DNA of 32,219 nucleotides from Minisyncoccia bacterium. GTDB taxonomy: Bacteria > Patescibacteriota > Minisyncoccia > Phycocordibacterales > UBA1006. Where the stretch lies: positions 1-32,219 of the forward strand of contig JBLHWN010000001.1 of NCBI GenBank assembly GCA_047629175.1, written 5' to 3'. The notes under the pieces are model-generated. The model was given only the letters and a program-made list of their open reading frames with translations, was not told where the DNA came from and searched no databases. Of this stretch, positions 6,908 through 15,712 are shown piece after piece. The stretch's first letter is position 1. Each line of letters starts with the position of its first letter. The translations under genes and the position numbers were made by a program.

Positions 6908-8860
6908 ATGAACAACACAGATAGTTTTGAAGGAGTATATTCTCTTGGGAAGAACGGAATTGCATACATTAGAAATAAGGAAACAGGAGACGCCATAGAA
7001 GTTCCGTCACATCTCCACATGACGGCATTACACAGAGATATCGTCCGCGTACGTATTACTGATAGTAAAAAAAATGAAGGAGAAATTATTGAAATCGTAA
7101 AACGATCCCAGCAAGGATTCGTTGGGACCCTAAAAGCGCACGGTGATCATTTTGTTCTTGTGCCAGATAATTTTAAGATTCCTGATATTACTATCCCAAG
7201 GAATAGCGTGGGTAATGGGAAAATTGGAAACAAGACTTTTGTAGAAATTGAACAGTATGAACCTCGATTGGTTGGGGTTGTTAACAAAGACCTTGGTAAG
7301 CCAGATTCTAACGATGCTCACATGCATGGAATTGCCCTTGAGCAAGGATTTGACTATGCCTTCCCTGCTGATGTTGAAGCTGAAGCAGATGCATTAGAGG
7401 CAAAAGGTATCACTGATGAAGAACGCACAACCAGGCGTGACATGAGAGATACCTTAACCTTTACTATTGATCCAGCTGACGCAAAAGATTTTGATGATGC
7501 TCTTTCCTTTAAGAAAATGGACAATGGAAACTATGAGATTGGTATTCATATTGCTGATGTATCTCATTATGTACAACCTGGAACCGCACTTGATCGCGAA
7601 GCTCAGAAACGCACAACATCCGTATACCTGGTAGATCGAACAATTCCAATGTTACCAGAAGGTTTGTCTAACGGATTATGTTCATTAAGGCAAGATGAAG
7701 AAAAACTAGCGTATTCTGCTATATTTGAAATTGAACCAACCACAGGAGACGTTAAAGATGAATGGTTTGGACGTACCATCATTAACTCAAATAAGCGTTT
7801 TACCTACGAAGAAGCACAAGACATCCTGGACAAAAAAGAAGGTCTGTACGTTGATGAACTTTTAGAATTCAACCGTATCTCAAAGATCTATACAAAGAAT
7901 CGTTACGAACAAGGAGCGTTGAATTTTGAAACTCACGAAGTAAAATTTATTCTTGATGAAAAAGGAGTTCCTGTCAGCGTAAAGGTAAAAGAACGAATTG
8001 ATACCAATAAACTTATCGAAGAGTTTATGCTCTTGGCTAATAATCGTGTATCAGGTTTTATGGAAAAATCTCTTTTCTTTATCTATCGAGTCCATGGGAA
8101 ACCTGAACTTGATCGAATGGAAAAACTACAAGAATTCTTGAAACTACTCAGTTATAATACTCAACTTGTCGACGGAATGATTCCTGTAAAAGAATTACAA
8201 CGTATTATTCGAGAAGCTGAAGGCACACCTGAATACGATACGCTTCAAACCGTTATTGTGCGTTCAATGCAAAAGGCTGTCTATACAACCAATAACATTG
8301 GTCACTTTGGATTAGCATTTAAACACTATAGTCACTTTACTTCACCGATTAGACGCTATCCTGACGTATTGGCACATCGACTCATTCAACAAAAACTTGA
8401 TGGTGCTGAGCATGATCAAGACCAAGAATGGTATGAAACAATGTGTGGTCACAGCTCACAACAAGAACAACGCGCTGTAACTGCTGAGCGTAATTCTATT
8501 AAACTAAAACAAGTTGAATATATGAGCACCAAAGACGTCAACCATATTTTTGAGGGTGTTGTTACGGGTGCTGGAAAATTTGGTGTCTTCGTCGCAGAAG
8601 AAGAATCACGATCAGAAGGAATGATTCGCCTCTTTGACCTTGGGAATGATATGTGGGAATTCCAAGAAAAATCTGGAATTATCATAGGTAAAAGAACCAT
8701 GAAAACGTTCAAGATTGGAGACAAGATCCAACTAAAAATTAAACGTGTAGACATTGCAAAGCGATTAATTGATTACGTATTAGTAGTTGACGGCAAGTCT
8801 CAAGCGGCTCCTCCACGTAAACCAAGAGATCATCGGAGAAAACCTCAAATAAAGAAGTAG
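6908..8860 (+). CDS. rnr: ribonuclease R (RNB-family 3'-5' exoribonuclease, C-terminal S1 domain)
   Basis: DPADAKDFDDALS, SVYLVDRTIPMLP, HFGLAFKHYSHFTSPIRRYPD motifs, S1-like FEGVVTGAGKFGVFV and a basic tail. Start set to 6908 on promoter geometry; the ORF is open from 6857. Confidence 0.9.
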   Translation: MNNTDSFEGVYSLGKNGIAYIRNKETGDAIEVPSHLHMTALHRDIVRVRITDSKKNEGEIIEIVKRSQQGFVGTLKAHGDHFVLVPDNFKIPDITIPRNSVGNGKIGNKTFVEIEQYEPRLVGVVNKDLGKPDSNDAHMHGIALEQGFDYAFPADVEAEADALEAKGITDEERTTRRDMRDTLTFTIDPADAKDFDDALSFKKMDNGNYEIGIHIADVSHYVQPGTALDREAQKRTTSVYLVDRTIPMLPEGLSNGLCSLRQDEEKLAYSAIFEIEPTTGDVKDEWFGRTIINSNKRFTYEEAQDILDKKEGLYVDELLEFNRISKIYTKNRYEQGALNFETHEVKFILDEKGVPVSVKVKERIDTNKLIEEFMLLANNRVSGFMEKSLFFIYRVHGKPELDRMEKLQEFLKLLSYNTQLVDGMIPVKELQRIIREAEGTPEYDTLQTVIVRSMQKAVYTTNNIGHFGLAFKHYSHFTSPIRRYPDVLAHRLIQQKLDGAEHDQDQEWYETMCGHSSQQEQRAVTAERNSIKLKQVEYMSTKDVNHIFEGVVTGAGKFGVFVAEEESRSEGMIRLFDLGNDMWEFQEKSGIIIGKRTMKTFKIGDKIQLKIKRVDIAKRLIDYVLVVDGKSQAAPPRKPRDHRRKPQIKK

Positions 8861-8861
8861 T

Positions 8862-8889
8862 TTGACATCTAATCTTGGACTGTTATAAC
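8862..8889 (+). promoter_or_regulatory. TTGACA - 16 nt - TGtTATAAC promoter, 9 nt upstream of ATG 8899
   Basis: Perfect -35 at 8862-8867 and -10 at 8884-8889. Confidence 0.6.
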
Positions 8890-8898
8890 ATATATTAT

Positions 8899-9873
8899 AT
8901 GACACATAAGAAAGAAAACCGTATAGCACATGTGGCCCTTGCCCTTTCATTAATTGTTGGGTCTTTTTCTTTGTTCTCAATTACCTTCGGCCTGCAAAAT
9001 AGTAAACAAGCATTCTATACCAGTAACCAAGACAAGTTAATCCAGCGAGTACCTCGTTCACGACTGGCAAGCAATAAGTTGTTCTTTTTCAATGAAGAAG
9101 AAAATGAGGTTGTCGAATCAAAATATATCCTCCAGCAACTAGAACGATTAGGTAGTATCAATGCTGATAGCTTCTTAGTAGGAGATCTTGATACTGGTGA
9201 GGTAATCTTTCAACGAAAACCAAATACCGTCTTTCCTATTGCATCTATTACAAAATATATGACAGCCTATACAGCAGCTGAGAATTTTGACGCTAATGAG
9301 CTTACCGAAATCACTCAAGCAAAATTAGCCGTCGAAGGGAATCGAGGACGTTTCAAAATAGGTGATATGTTAACGATTCGTGAACTTCTCTACCCGCTAC
9401 TCTTGGTTTCATCAAATGATGCTGGAGAGATTATTGCAGCACAACGTAATCGCGAATTATTTTTAATTCAGTTGAAACAAAGCGCTGTGAAATTAGGTAT
9501 GTATGACACTAACTTTAACGACCCAACAGGATTATCTAAAGGAAATAGTTCAACCGCCACTGACTTATTCACTATGATGCGTGGTGTACGAAACGAATAC
9601 CCACAAATTATTGACATCTCACGTCTCTCATTTAAAGAGAACGGTTCGTACCTTTGGCAAAACATTAATAAAGCTTCTGTTTTTCCTGAATTCCGCGGAG
9701 GAAAGACGGGATATACTAATGCAGCCCGACAAACAAGTATTGGTTACTATCAGATTAAAATAGCTAATGACCAAACAAAAAATATTGCTGTGGTAATCCT
9801 CCAATCTAATACCAGACAGCAGGATACACGTAACGTACTAGATTATCTTAAACATTACGTAGCTTATTTATAA
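8899..9873 (+). CDS. serine-type D-Ala-D-Ala carboxypeptidase (peptidase S11, PBP5/6-like), N-terminal membrane anchor
   Basis: SxxK (ASITK), SxN (VSSND) and KTG (GGKTGYT) motifs in the correct order. Confidence 0.8.
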   Translation: MTHKKENRIAHVALALSLIVGSFSLFSITFGLQNSKQAFYTSNQDKLIQRVPRSRLASNKLFFFNEEENEVVESKYILQQLERLGSINADSFLVGDLDTGEVIFQRKPNTVFPIASITKYMTAYTAAENFDANELTEITQAKLAVEGNRGRFKIGDMLTIRELLYPLLLVSSNDAGEIIAAQRNRELFLIQLKQSAVKLGMYDTNFNDPTGLSKGNSSTATDLFTMMRGVRNEYPQIIDISRLSFKENGSYLWQNINKASVFPEFRGGKTGYTNAARQTSIGYYQIKIANDQTKNIAVVILQSNTRQQDTRNVLDYLKHYVAYL

Positions 9874-9900
9874 AAAACTAACTCATGGAGTTAGTTTTTT
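9872..9900. terminator. bidirectional terminator (DD-carboxypeptidase / smc)
   Basis: aaaaaactaactc-atg-gagttagtttttt. Overlaps both stop codons. Confidence 0.8.
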
Positions 9901-12139
9901 ATTTTGCATATTTTGCAGCATCCTCAAGTCGTAGTGACAAGGTTGTTGATGCATCACCTCTTCCTAAGGTTACTCCGAACAAGGTTTGAGCGCGGCTCAT
10001 AGTTTCCCGGTTATGAGTAACAAGAATAAGCTGAGAATATTTTGATAATGATTCAATCATATCTCCATATTTTTTAGAGTTAGCCTCGTCCAGCGCAGCA
10101 TCAGTCTCATCCAAGACCAAAAATGGGGGTGGATTAACCTGTGACAGTGCAAACAGGAGCGCAATAGACGTCAATGACCGTTCGCCCCCCGAGAGCATAT
10201 CCAAATCAGAAACCTTTTTTCTTGGTAATTGGACATTAATATCAATACCATACTCTATCTTTTCTCCTTCTTCATCATCTAAAAGTTCAAGTTGTTCACC
10301 TTCTTCTGTAATTTTCTTTTTCCGTTTTTTGATAGCAGATGGAGTTAATTTTGCTTGTCCACCTCCAAACATCAATTTAAAGAATCGATCAAATTGATCG
10401 TTAATTTTCTGGATACCAATATCAAATTGCATATCAAGTGATCCTTTCAGTTCATCGATAATTATATTTAATGATTCTATCGATGAAGTAATGTCCGTGA
10501 TTTCTTTTTCTAGGAACTGATCACGATCAAGTGTCTCTTGGAATTCTTGAATTACTTCTATACCTGAACCACCGCCTATATCTTCGAGTCGGATCTTAAT
10601 ACGTTCCATCTCTCGACGTGCCTGCTCTTGGGTTTGAGCACTAATGTCCATCTCATGCTCAAGAGCAATGGCTTGATATTCTATAGCATTCAGACCCAAG
10701 AGAACTCGTGCCTCCTCATGTTCTTCTTTGAGACCTTGTACACGAATACCTAGTGTTTCATCCCTATGTGTAATCAGTGTTCGTTTTGTATCGAGTTCTT
10801 TTTTCTTTGCAAGATATTCATAATACTGACGCTGAGATTCGCGTTCATTATTCCGTTTTAATTCAAGCGCGGCTTCTAATTCAACAATAGTAGATTGAAT
10901 TGATTGCTCTTCTTCTCCTTTTAGATAGACACTCTTTTCAACGTCGTTCTTTTCAAGCATCAGCTCAGTTATTTCTGAACTATTGTCATTTTGAACAGCA
11001 GTTGATGGTTGTTTAATAAAATCCTGAATATCTGATTTTATTTCACCAAGAGAAGATATGGTGTTGTTTGAATCAAATAGATCAATTCTTCCAAGTAAGC
11101 TTGTTAAGAAATTATGAACTACTCTAAACGAAAATCCTGGATGTTGCTTGGTTTCTGATGGAGCCTGCTGCTTCTCAAGCAATGAAATCATACCTTCTAT
11201 ACTCCCAAGTTTCTGACGTAGACTAACCGCCTCGCGCAGAATGTCCTTTAGTCGTTGTTGGTGAGAAATAATCTGTGATTCTTCCTCATACCTGGTCACA
11301 TCTTCTGGGTTAGTGTGTGAATCAAGGAATACGATGACTTCAGTATATTGTTCCTGAAGGATTGTACGATCAGCATCAAGGGCTCTTTCAAGTGTTTTAA
11401 TGAAATAATCTTCTTGAGCAAAATAGGTTTTATATTGCTCATGAAGATCAGTTCTCAAATGCTTTGCCTTTTCAATCTTATCAACTTGTTTCTTAAGGAA
11501 ACGTAGATGAGGTGCAATCTCTCGCCGCAATAACTCTGATTCACGTATATTATCCTCAGCACGTTTAAGTTTACGTTGTGACTCTTTAATACGGTATTGA
11601 TACACCTTCAAACCAAGTGCTTCTTCAATAAGTTCACGACGGTCTTTCACATTTGAATTCAAGTATCGATCAGCTTCACCTTGAGAAATAATGTGGTGGC
11701 CTGATGCTCCAATATTAACAGAAGCAATCAACTCATGAACATCTTTCATTCGAACTTCGCTTCCGTTAACGAGGTATTTATTTACTCCGTCTGAAAATAC
11801 CTCTCGACTAATAGTCACCTCATCAAAATCTATATTAACGCGCTCGTTGTTGTCTTGATGCAGATGAAACACGCGGTCTTTATTATCAAAAACAATACTT
11901 ACTGAGGCTCGGTTAAGCTTAGAGATATCTTTTGATCCTTTAAAAATAAGATCCGAACCTGTCTTTCCGCGCATAGATTTTACCGACTGTTCACCAAGCA
12001 CAAAACGTATTGATTCAACTACATTAGACTTTCCTGAACCATTTGGACCAACGATAGATATAATTGGTACGTCAAAAACAAATTCGCTTTTGTGAGCGAA
12101 TGATTTAAATCCATTCAGTTCTAATCGTTTTAAGTGCAT
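9899..12139 (-). CDS. smc: SMC-type chromosome segregation ATPase, unusually short (746 aa)
   Basis: N-terminal head MHLKRLELNGFKSF...GPNGSGKSN. C-terminal head LSGGERSLTSIALLFAL...PFLVLDETDAALD...THNRETM. Only about 455 aa lie between the heads. Confidence 0.85.
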   Translation of the reverse strand: MHLKRLELNGFKSFAHKSEFVFDVPIISIVGPNGSGKSNVVESIRFVLGEQSVKSMRGKTGSDLIFKGSKDISKLNRASVSIVFDNKDRVFHLHQDNNERVNIDFDEVTISREVFSDGVNKYLVNGSEVRMKDVHELIASVNIGASGHHIISQGEADRYLNSNVKDRRELIEEALGLKVYQYRIKESQRKLKRAEDNIRESELLRREIAPHLRFLKKQVDKIEKAKHLRTDLHEQYKTYFAQEDYFIKTLERALDADRTILQEQYTEVIVFLDSHTNPEDVTRYEEESQIISHQQRLKDILREAVSLRQKLGSIEGMISLLEKQQAPSETKQHPGFSFRVVHNFLTSLLGRIDLFDSNNTISSLGEIKSDIQDFIKQPSTAVQNDNSSEITELMLEKNDVEKSVYLKGEEEQSIQSTIVELEAALELKRNNERESQRQYYEYLAKKKELDTKRTLITHRDETLGIRVQGLKEEHEEARVLLGLNAIEYQAIALEHEMDISAQTQEQARREMERIKIRLEDIGGGSGIEVIQEFQETLDRDQFLEKEITDITSSIESLNIIIDELKGSLDMQFDIGIQKINDQFDRFFKLMFGGGQAKLTPSAIKKRKKKITEEGEQLELLDDEEGEKIEYGIDINVQLPRKKVSDLDMLSGGERSLTSIALLFALSQVNPPPFLVLDETDAALDEANSKKYGDMIESLSKYSQLILVTHNRETMSRAQTLFGVTLGRGDASTTLSLRLEDAAKYAK

Positions 12140-12157
12140 GCTGAGTTAATTAATCGT

Positions 12158-12166
12158 ATTGTATCA
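12158..12166 (-). promoter_or_regulatory. extended -10 TGaTACAAT (leadered, 18 nt to the smc ATG)
   Basis: Minus strand reads atatgatacaat-N18-ATG(12139). Confidence 0.45.
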
Positions 12167-12199
12167 TATTTCACCCTAGCGGGTACCTTCATATATAAT

Positions 12200-12224
12200 A
12201 AAACCCTTGTGTTCTAAGGGTTTT
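12200..12224 (-). terminator. terminator after rnc (stop codon inside the stem)
   Basis: aaaaccctt-N7-aagggtttt, 9-bp stem. Confidence 0.55.
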
Positions 12225-12918
12225 AGTCTTGGTCCCAACCTTCAGCAACGAGTGCATGCTGTGCTGCGTCTTGCTGTGATTTCTGCTTACTGTTTCCTGA
12301 TCCTTCAGCAATTTTCTTCTCTCCAAAATAAATCGCCATCACAAAATGTTTATCATGGTCTGGACCTTCTGATGAAATCAATCGATACTCAGGTGTAGTT
12401 GAGTAAATCTCTTGAGCTTTTTCTTGAACGTATGATTTAGCATCGCGCCACGTTCCCTCCTCAACAATAGCCTTAATATTTGGAAACAATGCTGTCTCAA
12501 TTACTCCTTTTGCAGTATCGTATCCTTGATCCAAATAGACAGCACCAATAAATGATTCAAAAGTATTTGCTAATATATAGTCACGTGCTTTCCCTTGATC
12601 CTGAGACTCTCCTTTTGATAACATCAACAGATCATTCATACCCATTTTTCGAGCTGCAGCCGAGATACTCTCAGTACGGACTAATGCAGAACGATACGCA
12701 GTAAGACGCCCTTCAGCATCAGAATATTCATTAAATAGAAAATCAGTTACTACCAATTCTAGTACCGCATCACCAAGAAACTCAAGTCGTTCATTGTGCT
12801 TCAAATCAGTCCCTTTGTGTTCATTAATATAGGAACGATGAATGAACGCCTGCTGTAACAGTCGTTTATTTTCAAATTCAATTCCAAGACCCTGTTCAAA
12901 TGTAAAATATTTTTCCAT
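12223..12918 (-). CDS. rnc: ribonuclease III
   Basis: NERLEFLGDAVLELVV signature and C-terminal dsRBD (KSQQDAAQHAL). ATG 12918 lies 4 nt after the upstream stop, so the two genes are coupled. Confidence 0.9.
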   Translation of the reverse strand: MEKYFTFEQGLGIEFENKRLLQQAFIHRSYINEHKGTDLKHNERLEFLGDAVLELVVTDFLFNEYSDAEGRLTAYRSALVRTESISAAARKMGMNDLLMLSKGESQDQGKARDYILANTFESFIGAVYLDQGYDTAKGVIETALFPNIKAIVEEGTWRDAKSYVQEKAQEIYSTTPEYRLISSEGPDHDKHFVMAIYFGEKKIAEGSGNSKQKSQQDAAQHALVAEGWDQD

Positions 12919-12922
12919 ACCA

Positions 12923-14032
12923 TTATTCAGAAAGTAATTTAATAAGCTCTGCTTTCTTGAGTGCTGTGTACGCACTAAGACCTCGTTCTTTTGCGAGCGC
13001 CTTGAGTTCAGCGACTTTCATCGAAGCTACATCTACGTGTTCCGTTACAACATTTTCAGTTTCCTTAAGAGATGCTGCAATCCTCTCTACTTTTTCTTGA
13101 ATTTCTTGTGCGGGCATTCCAGGAACTTTTCCCGTTAATTCAGTAATCATTCCCATTGCCTTAATTAACATTTTTGAGACATCCTCGTAGATGTTTAAAT
13201 CGGTAATGTCATCTAATTCAAACCAGCGCACATCATCAAGACCACCAGAGCCAACCTCTAGGGTTGGTTGTGTGTATACTGATTTCGCCAAGAAATATTC
13301 AACATGTTTTCGAACCGGTCCTCGCTCAGGATGGTACGCAATGTATTCATTATCACCAAGGTCAGCCATTATTTCAACAGTCCAGTCTGTTTCTTCTTTT
13401 ATTGCCCTGATCGTTCCTTCTGTAGGCGTCTCACCTTCTTTAATTCCACCTTTTGAAAGAGTCCAATATCCAAATACATCATGAACCATTCCAATTCGTA
13501 CAACATCATGTTGATCAACACTGTAGAGAACCGCTGCCCCTTTTTGATCAATAGGCATTTCTTCGTAAGGAGTTTCCGGCATTTTTGGTTTCGTTGTTTG
13601 GTCTTTTCCTGGTTCACCAATTTCTCGGTAGACCGCACCTAAAATACCGTTTACAAATTTGTTAGATTTTGGACCGCCAAAACGCTTCGCTAATTCGACT
13701 GCTTCGTTGATTGCAACTTTCGGAGGTACCACAGCGTGATCACCAAAAAGAAGTTCGTACAAACCGAGCCGCAAGACATTGCGGTCAGTGGTCGATATTT
13801 TCTTCAGAGGCCAATCCGGTGCAGCTTTTTCGATAATTTCATCAATTACGGTGTGCTTCTTAACAATCTCTTGAGCAAAAGAAAGTATCTCACCATCGTC
13901 ATCATCAGAGTCATTAAAAGAACTCAGGGTATATCCTAAGTAGTGTGAAATAGCGGTATTATCATAACCCCGCACATCCCATTCATACAACGTTTGTAAA
14001 AGAATTGTTCTGAACAACTGCCTGTTTGCCAT
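12923..14032 (-). CDS. nusB: NusB - Nudix hydrolase - Rho_N/SAP-like three-domain fusion protein
   Basis: aa 1-140 are NusB-like (DRNVLRLGLYELLF, AINEAVELAKRFGG..FVNGILG). aa about 165-300 carry a Nudix box GGIKEGETPTEGTIRAIKEETDW. The C-terminus MKVAELKALAKERGLSAYTALKKAELIKLL is Rho N-terminal-like. Confidence 0.8.
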   Translation of the reverse strand: MANRQLFRTILLQTLYEWDVRGYDNTAISHYLGYTLSSFNDSDDDDGEILSFAQEIVKKHTVIDEIIEKAAPDWPLKKISTTDRNVLRLGLYELLFGDHAVVPPKVAINEAVELAKRFGGPKSNKFVNGILGAVYREIGEPGKDQTTKPKMPETPYEEMPIDQKGAAVLYSVDQHDVVRIGMVHDVFGYWTLSKGGIKEGETPTEGTIRAIKEETDWTVEIMADLGDNEYIAYHPERGPVRKHVEYFLAKSVYTQPTLEVGSGGLDDVRWFELDDITDLNIYEDVSKMLIKAMGMITELTGKVPGMPAQEIQEKVERIAASLKETENVVTEHVDVASMKVAELKALAKERGLSAYTALKKAELIKLLSE

Positions 14033-14040
14033 AGATATTT

Positions 14041-14046
14041 ATTATA
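14041..14046 (-). promoter_or_regulatory. -10 TATAAT, 8 nt upstream of ATG 14032
   Basis: Minus strand reads acgtTATAAT-aaatatct-ATG, just after the rpmF terminator. Confidence 0.5.
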
Positions 14047-14050
14047 ACGT

Positions 14051-14080
14051 AAAAAACAAGCTAAACCTAGCTTGTTTTTT
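14051..14080 (-). terminator. terminator after rpmF (overlaps its stop)
   Basis: a6-caagct-aaacct-agcttg-t6 hairpin. Confidence 0.65.
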
Positions 14081-14282
14081 GTGTTCTTTTAGCTTTTTTA
14101 GCTGCCAATTTTGTAATATCAATCACTTGACGACCTCGATACATTCCCGTTGTCATATCAACACGGTGTCGTAAACGACTTGTATTTGTATCTGGATCAG
14201 TAACGATAGTGTTTGCTTTCAGTGCGTGATGCGACCGTCTGTTACCTGTGTGTGATCTTGTACTTCTCATTCTAATAACCAT
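14067..14282 (-). CDS. rpmF: 50S ribosomal protein L32
   Basis: RSHTGNRRSHHALKA ... LRHRVDMTTGMYRGRQVI fits the L32 pattern. No Cys zinc knuckle. Confidence 0.75.
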   Translation of the reverse strand: MVIRMRSTRSHTGNRRSHHALKANTIVTDPDTNTSRLRHRVDMTTGMYRGRQVIDITKLAAKKAKRTQKTS

Positions 14283-14291
14283 AATGAATCT

Positions 14292-14319
14292 AGTATACGG
14301 ATGAACGTTATTTTGGCAA
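14292..14319 (-). promoter_or_regulatory. rpmF promoter TTGCCA - 16 nt - TATACT, 9 nt upstream of the ATG
   Basis: Minus strand reads TTGCCA(14319-14314) ... TATACT(14297-14292) agattcatt ATG(14282). Confidence 0.55.
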
Positions 14320-14492
14320 GCTTATTACAACAAGCGAGAAACAACATACGGAAAAAAGGTAAGTTCTTTTTTTTGTATGTTTTTCACATACCCTTGAAAC
14401 AAAGGATTATAAGGACCTAAGCTTTGTATTGTAGGTAAAAATATCCAGATTTATTTCTTATTTATGCTTAGAAAAAATTATGAAGAAATCTT

Positions 14493-15119
14493 TTATTTTA
14501 GCCGAATCCATGTTTTTCTATGAATGTCAGTGAGCCCATGTTCACCTATCGCTTCGTAATGTTTTTTTGTTCCATAACCCTTATGCTTTTCAAAAAAATA
14601 TTTTGGATACTGCTCGCTGTATTTTACCATTAAGGAATCACGCGCAACCTTTGCCACTACTGAAGCAGCACTGATTAGCCAATTATTTAAATCTCCTTTT
14701 ACTATTGTTTCTTGATCAAATTCAGTTGGTGCAAAAAGTGATCCATCTAGATATACGTAAGTGTTCCCTTCCATCGTGGATGTTACTGATTCAAGGGATT
14801 GTTTAGTGGCAGCTTTCAGTGCTGGCACAATACCACGCGAATCAATATCTTTTGCTGAAACTGAACTTACACTCACGGCAATTTTATTTTTATTTTTTAG
14901 CTCTTTAATAATCCCAACGAACGCTTCACGTTTCTTTTCAGAGATTTTCTTGGAATCAGTAATTTCTTTAAGTGCTTCTTGCACGGTTGAGTAATGTTCC
15001 CTCCGTACGGCAAAAGAACAAACACTCACAGGACCAGCAATCGGACCTCGTCCTACTTCATCTATCCCAACAAGGACATCATGTGTATTGAGTTTTTTTT
15101 GTATTAATTCTTCATTCAT
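14493..15119 (-). CDS. rnhB: ribonuclease HII
   Basis: VGIDEVGRGPIAGPV catalytic motif. ATG 15119 lies 2 nt after the upstream stop. Confidence 0.85.
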   Translation of the reverse strand: MNEELIQKKLNTHDVLVGIDEVGRGPIAGPVSVCSFAVRREHYSTVQEALKEITDSKKISEKKREAFVGIIKELKNKNKIAVSVSSVSAKDIDSRGIVPALKAATKQSLESVTSTMEGNTYVYLDGSLFAPTEFDQETIVKGDLNNWLISAASVVAKVARDSLMVKYSEQYPKYFFEKHKGYGTKKHYEAIGEHGLTDIHRKTWIRLK

Positions 15120-15121
15120 GT

Positions 15122-15652
15122 TTAAGATTTCCCGTTGCATGTTGCTGGTGACCAAAGACCTCGTTCGTCCTTTTGTGCCTGACTTTGGGCATAGAGATAC
15201 TCATCTTGGTAGATATAAGGTTTACGGTAGGTGTACTCGTATGCGTATCCGCCGGTAATCATTCTTTCCCCTATATTCTCTCCATTAGAGAAAACATGAG
15301 CTAACAGTCGACCATGTATATCACGATTTTTTTGAGTTGGATCTGTTTCAATATGCACTGATGATACATTCTCCAACATATAGCGCATCTGATTTGTTGC
15401 TTCTTGTCCGAAACATTCAACTTTTGAATTTGGCTTCACTGATTCTGGGGTATCAATACCAATAATACGAACCTTTTCTTCCATATCTTTAATTTCTACA
15501 ACCAAGGTATCTCCGTCTACAATACGTATTAACGTCACCTCACCTTGAATATCTGGTATGGCTGATGCTTCTTGGTTCTGTTGATATTTCTGAAGAAAAA
15601 TTACAATGATTCCAATCACAATTACTATTCGCACTTTTTTGAGTTGCTTCAT
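15122..15652 (-). CDS. membrane-anchored thermonuclease (staphylococcal nuclease, SNase family)
   Basis: VDGDTL, IGIDTPE, HGRLLAHV and ERGLW motifs. N-terminal anchor MKQLKKVRIVIVIGIIVIF. Start set to 15652. Confidence 0.8.
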   Translation of the reverse strand: MKQLKKVRIVIVIGIIVIFLQKYQQNQEASAIPDIQGEVTLIRIVDGDTLVVEIKDMEEKVRIIGIDTPESVKPNSKVECFGQEATNQMRYMLENVSSVHIETDPTQKNRDIHGRLLAHVFSNGENIGERMITGGYAYEYTYRKPYIYQDEYLYAQSQAQKDERGLWSPATCNGKS

Positions 15653-15659
15653 ACCTATG

Positions 15660-15668
15660 AGTATAGCA
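15660..15668 (-). promoter_or_regulatory. extended -10 TGcTATACT, 7 nt upstream of ATG 15652
   Basis: Minus strand reads gagtgcTATACT-cataggt-ATG. Confidence 0.55.
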
Positions 15669-15697
15669 CTCGTCAATAATTCATCATGTAAAACATT

Positions 15698-15706
15698 TGG
15701 TATACT
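15698..15706 (+). promoter_or_regulatory. extended -10 TGgTATACT, 6 nt upstream of the dnaE ATG
   Basis: tttggTATACT-caagac-ATG(15713). Confidence 0.55.
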
Positions 15707-15712
15707 CAAGAC

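Noticed and set aside
14301-14420. 39-aa plus-strand ORF MNVILASLLQQARNNIRKKGKFFFLYVFHIPLKQRIIRT in the rnhB-rpmF spacer.
   Set aside because: It overlaps the rpmF promoter on the opposite strand and has no terminator or recognisable features. It is probably chance.
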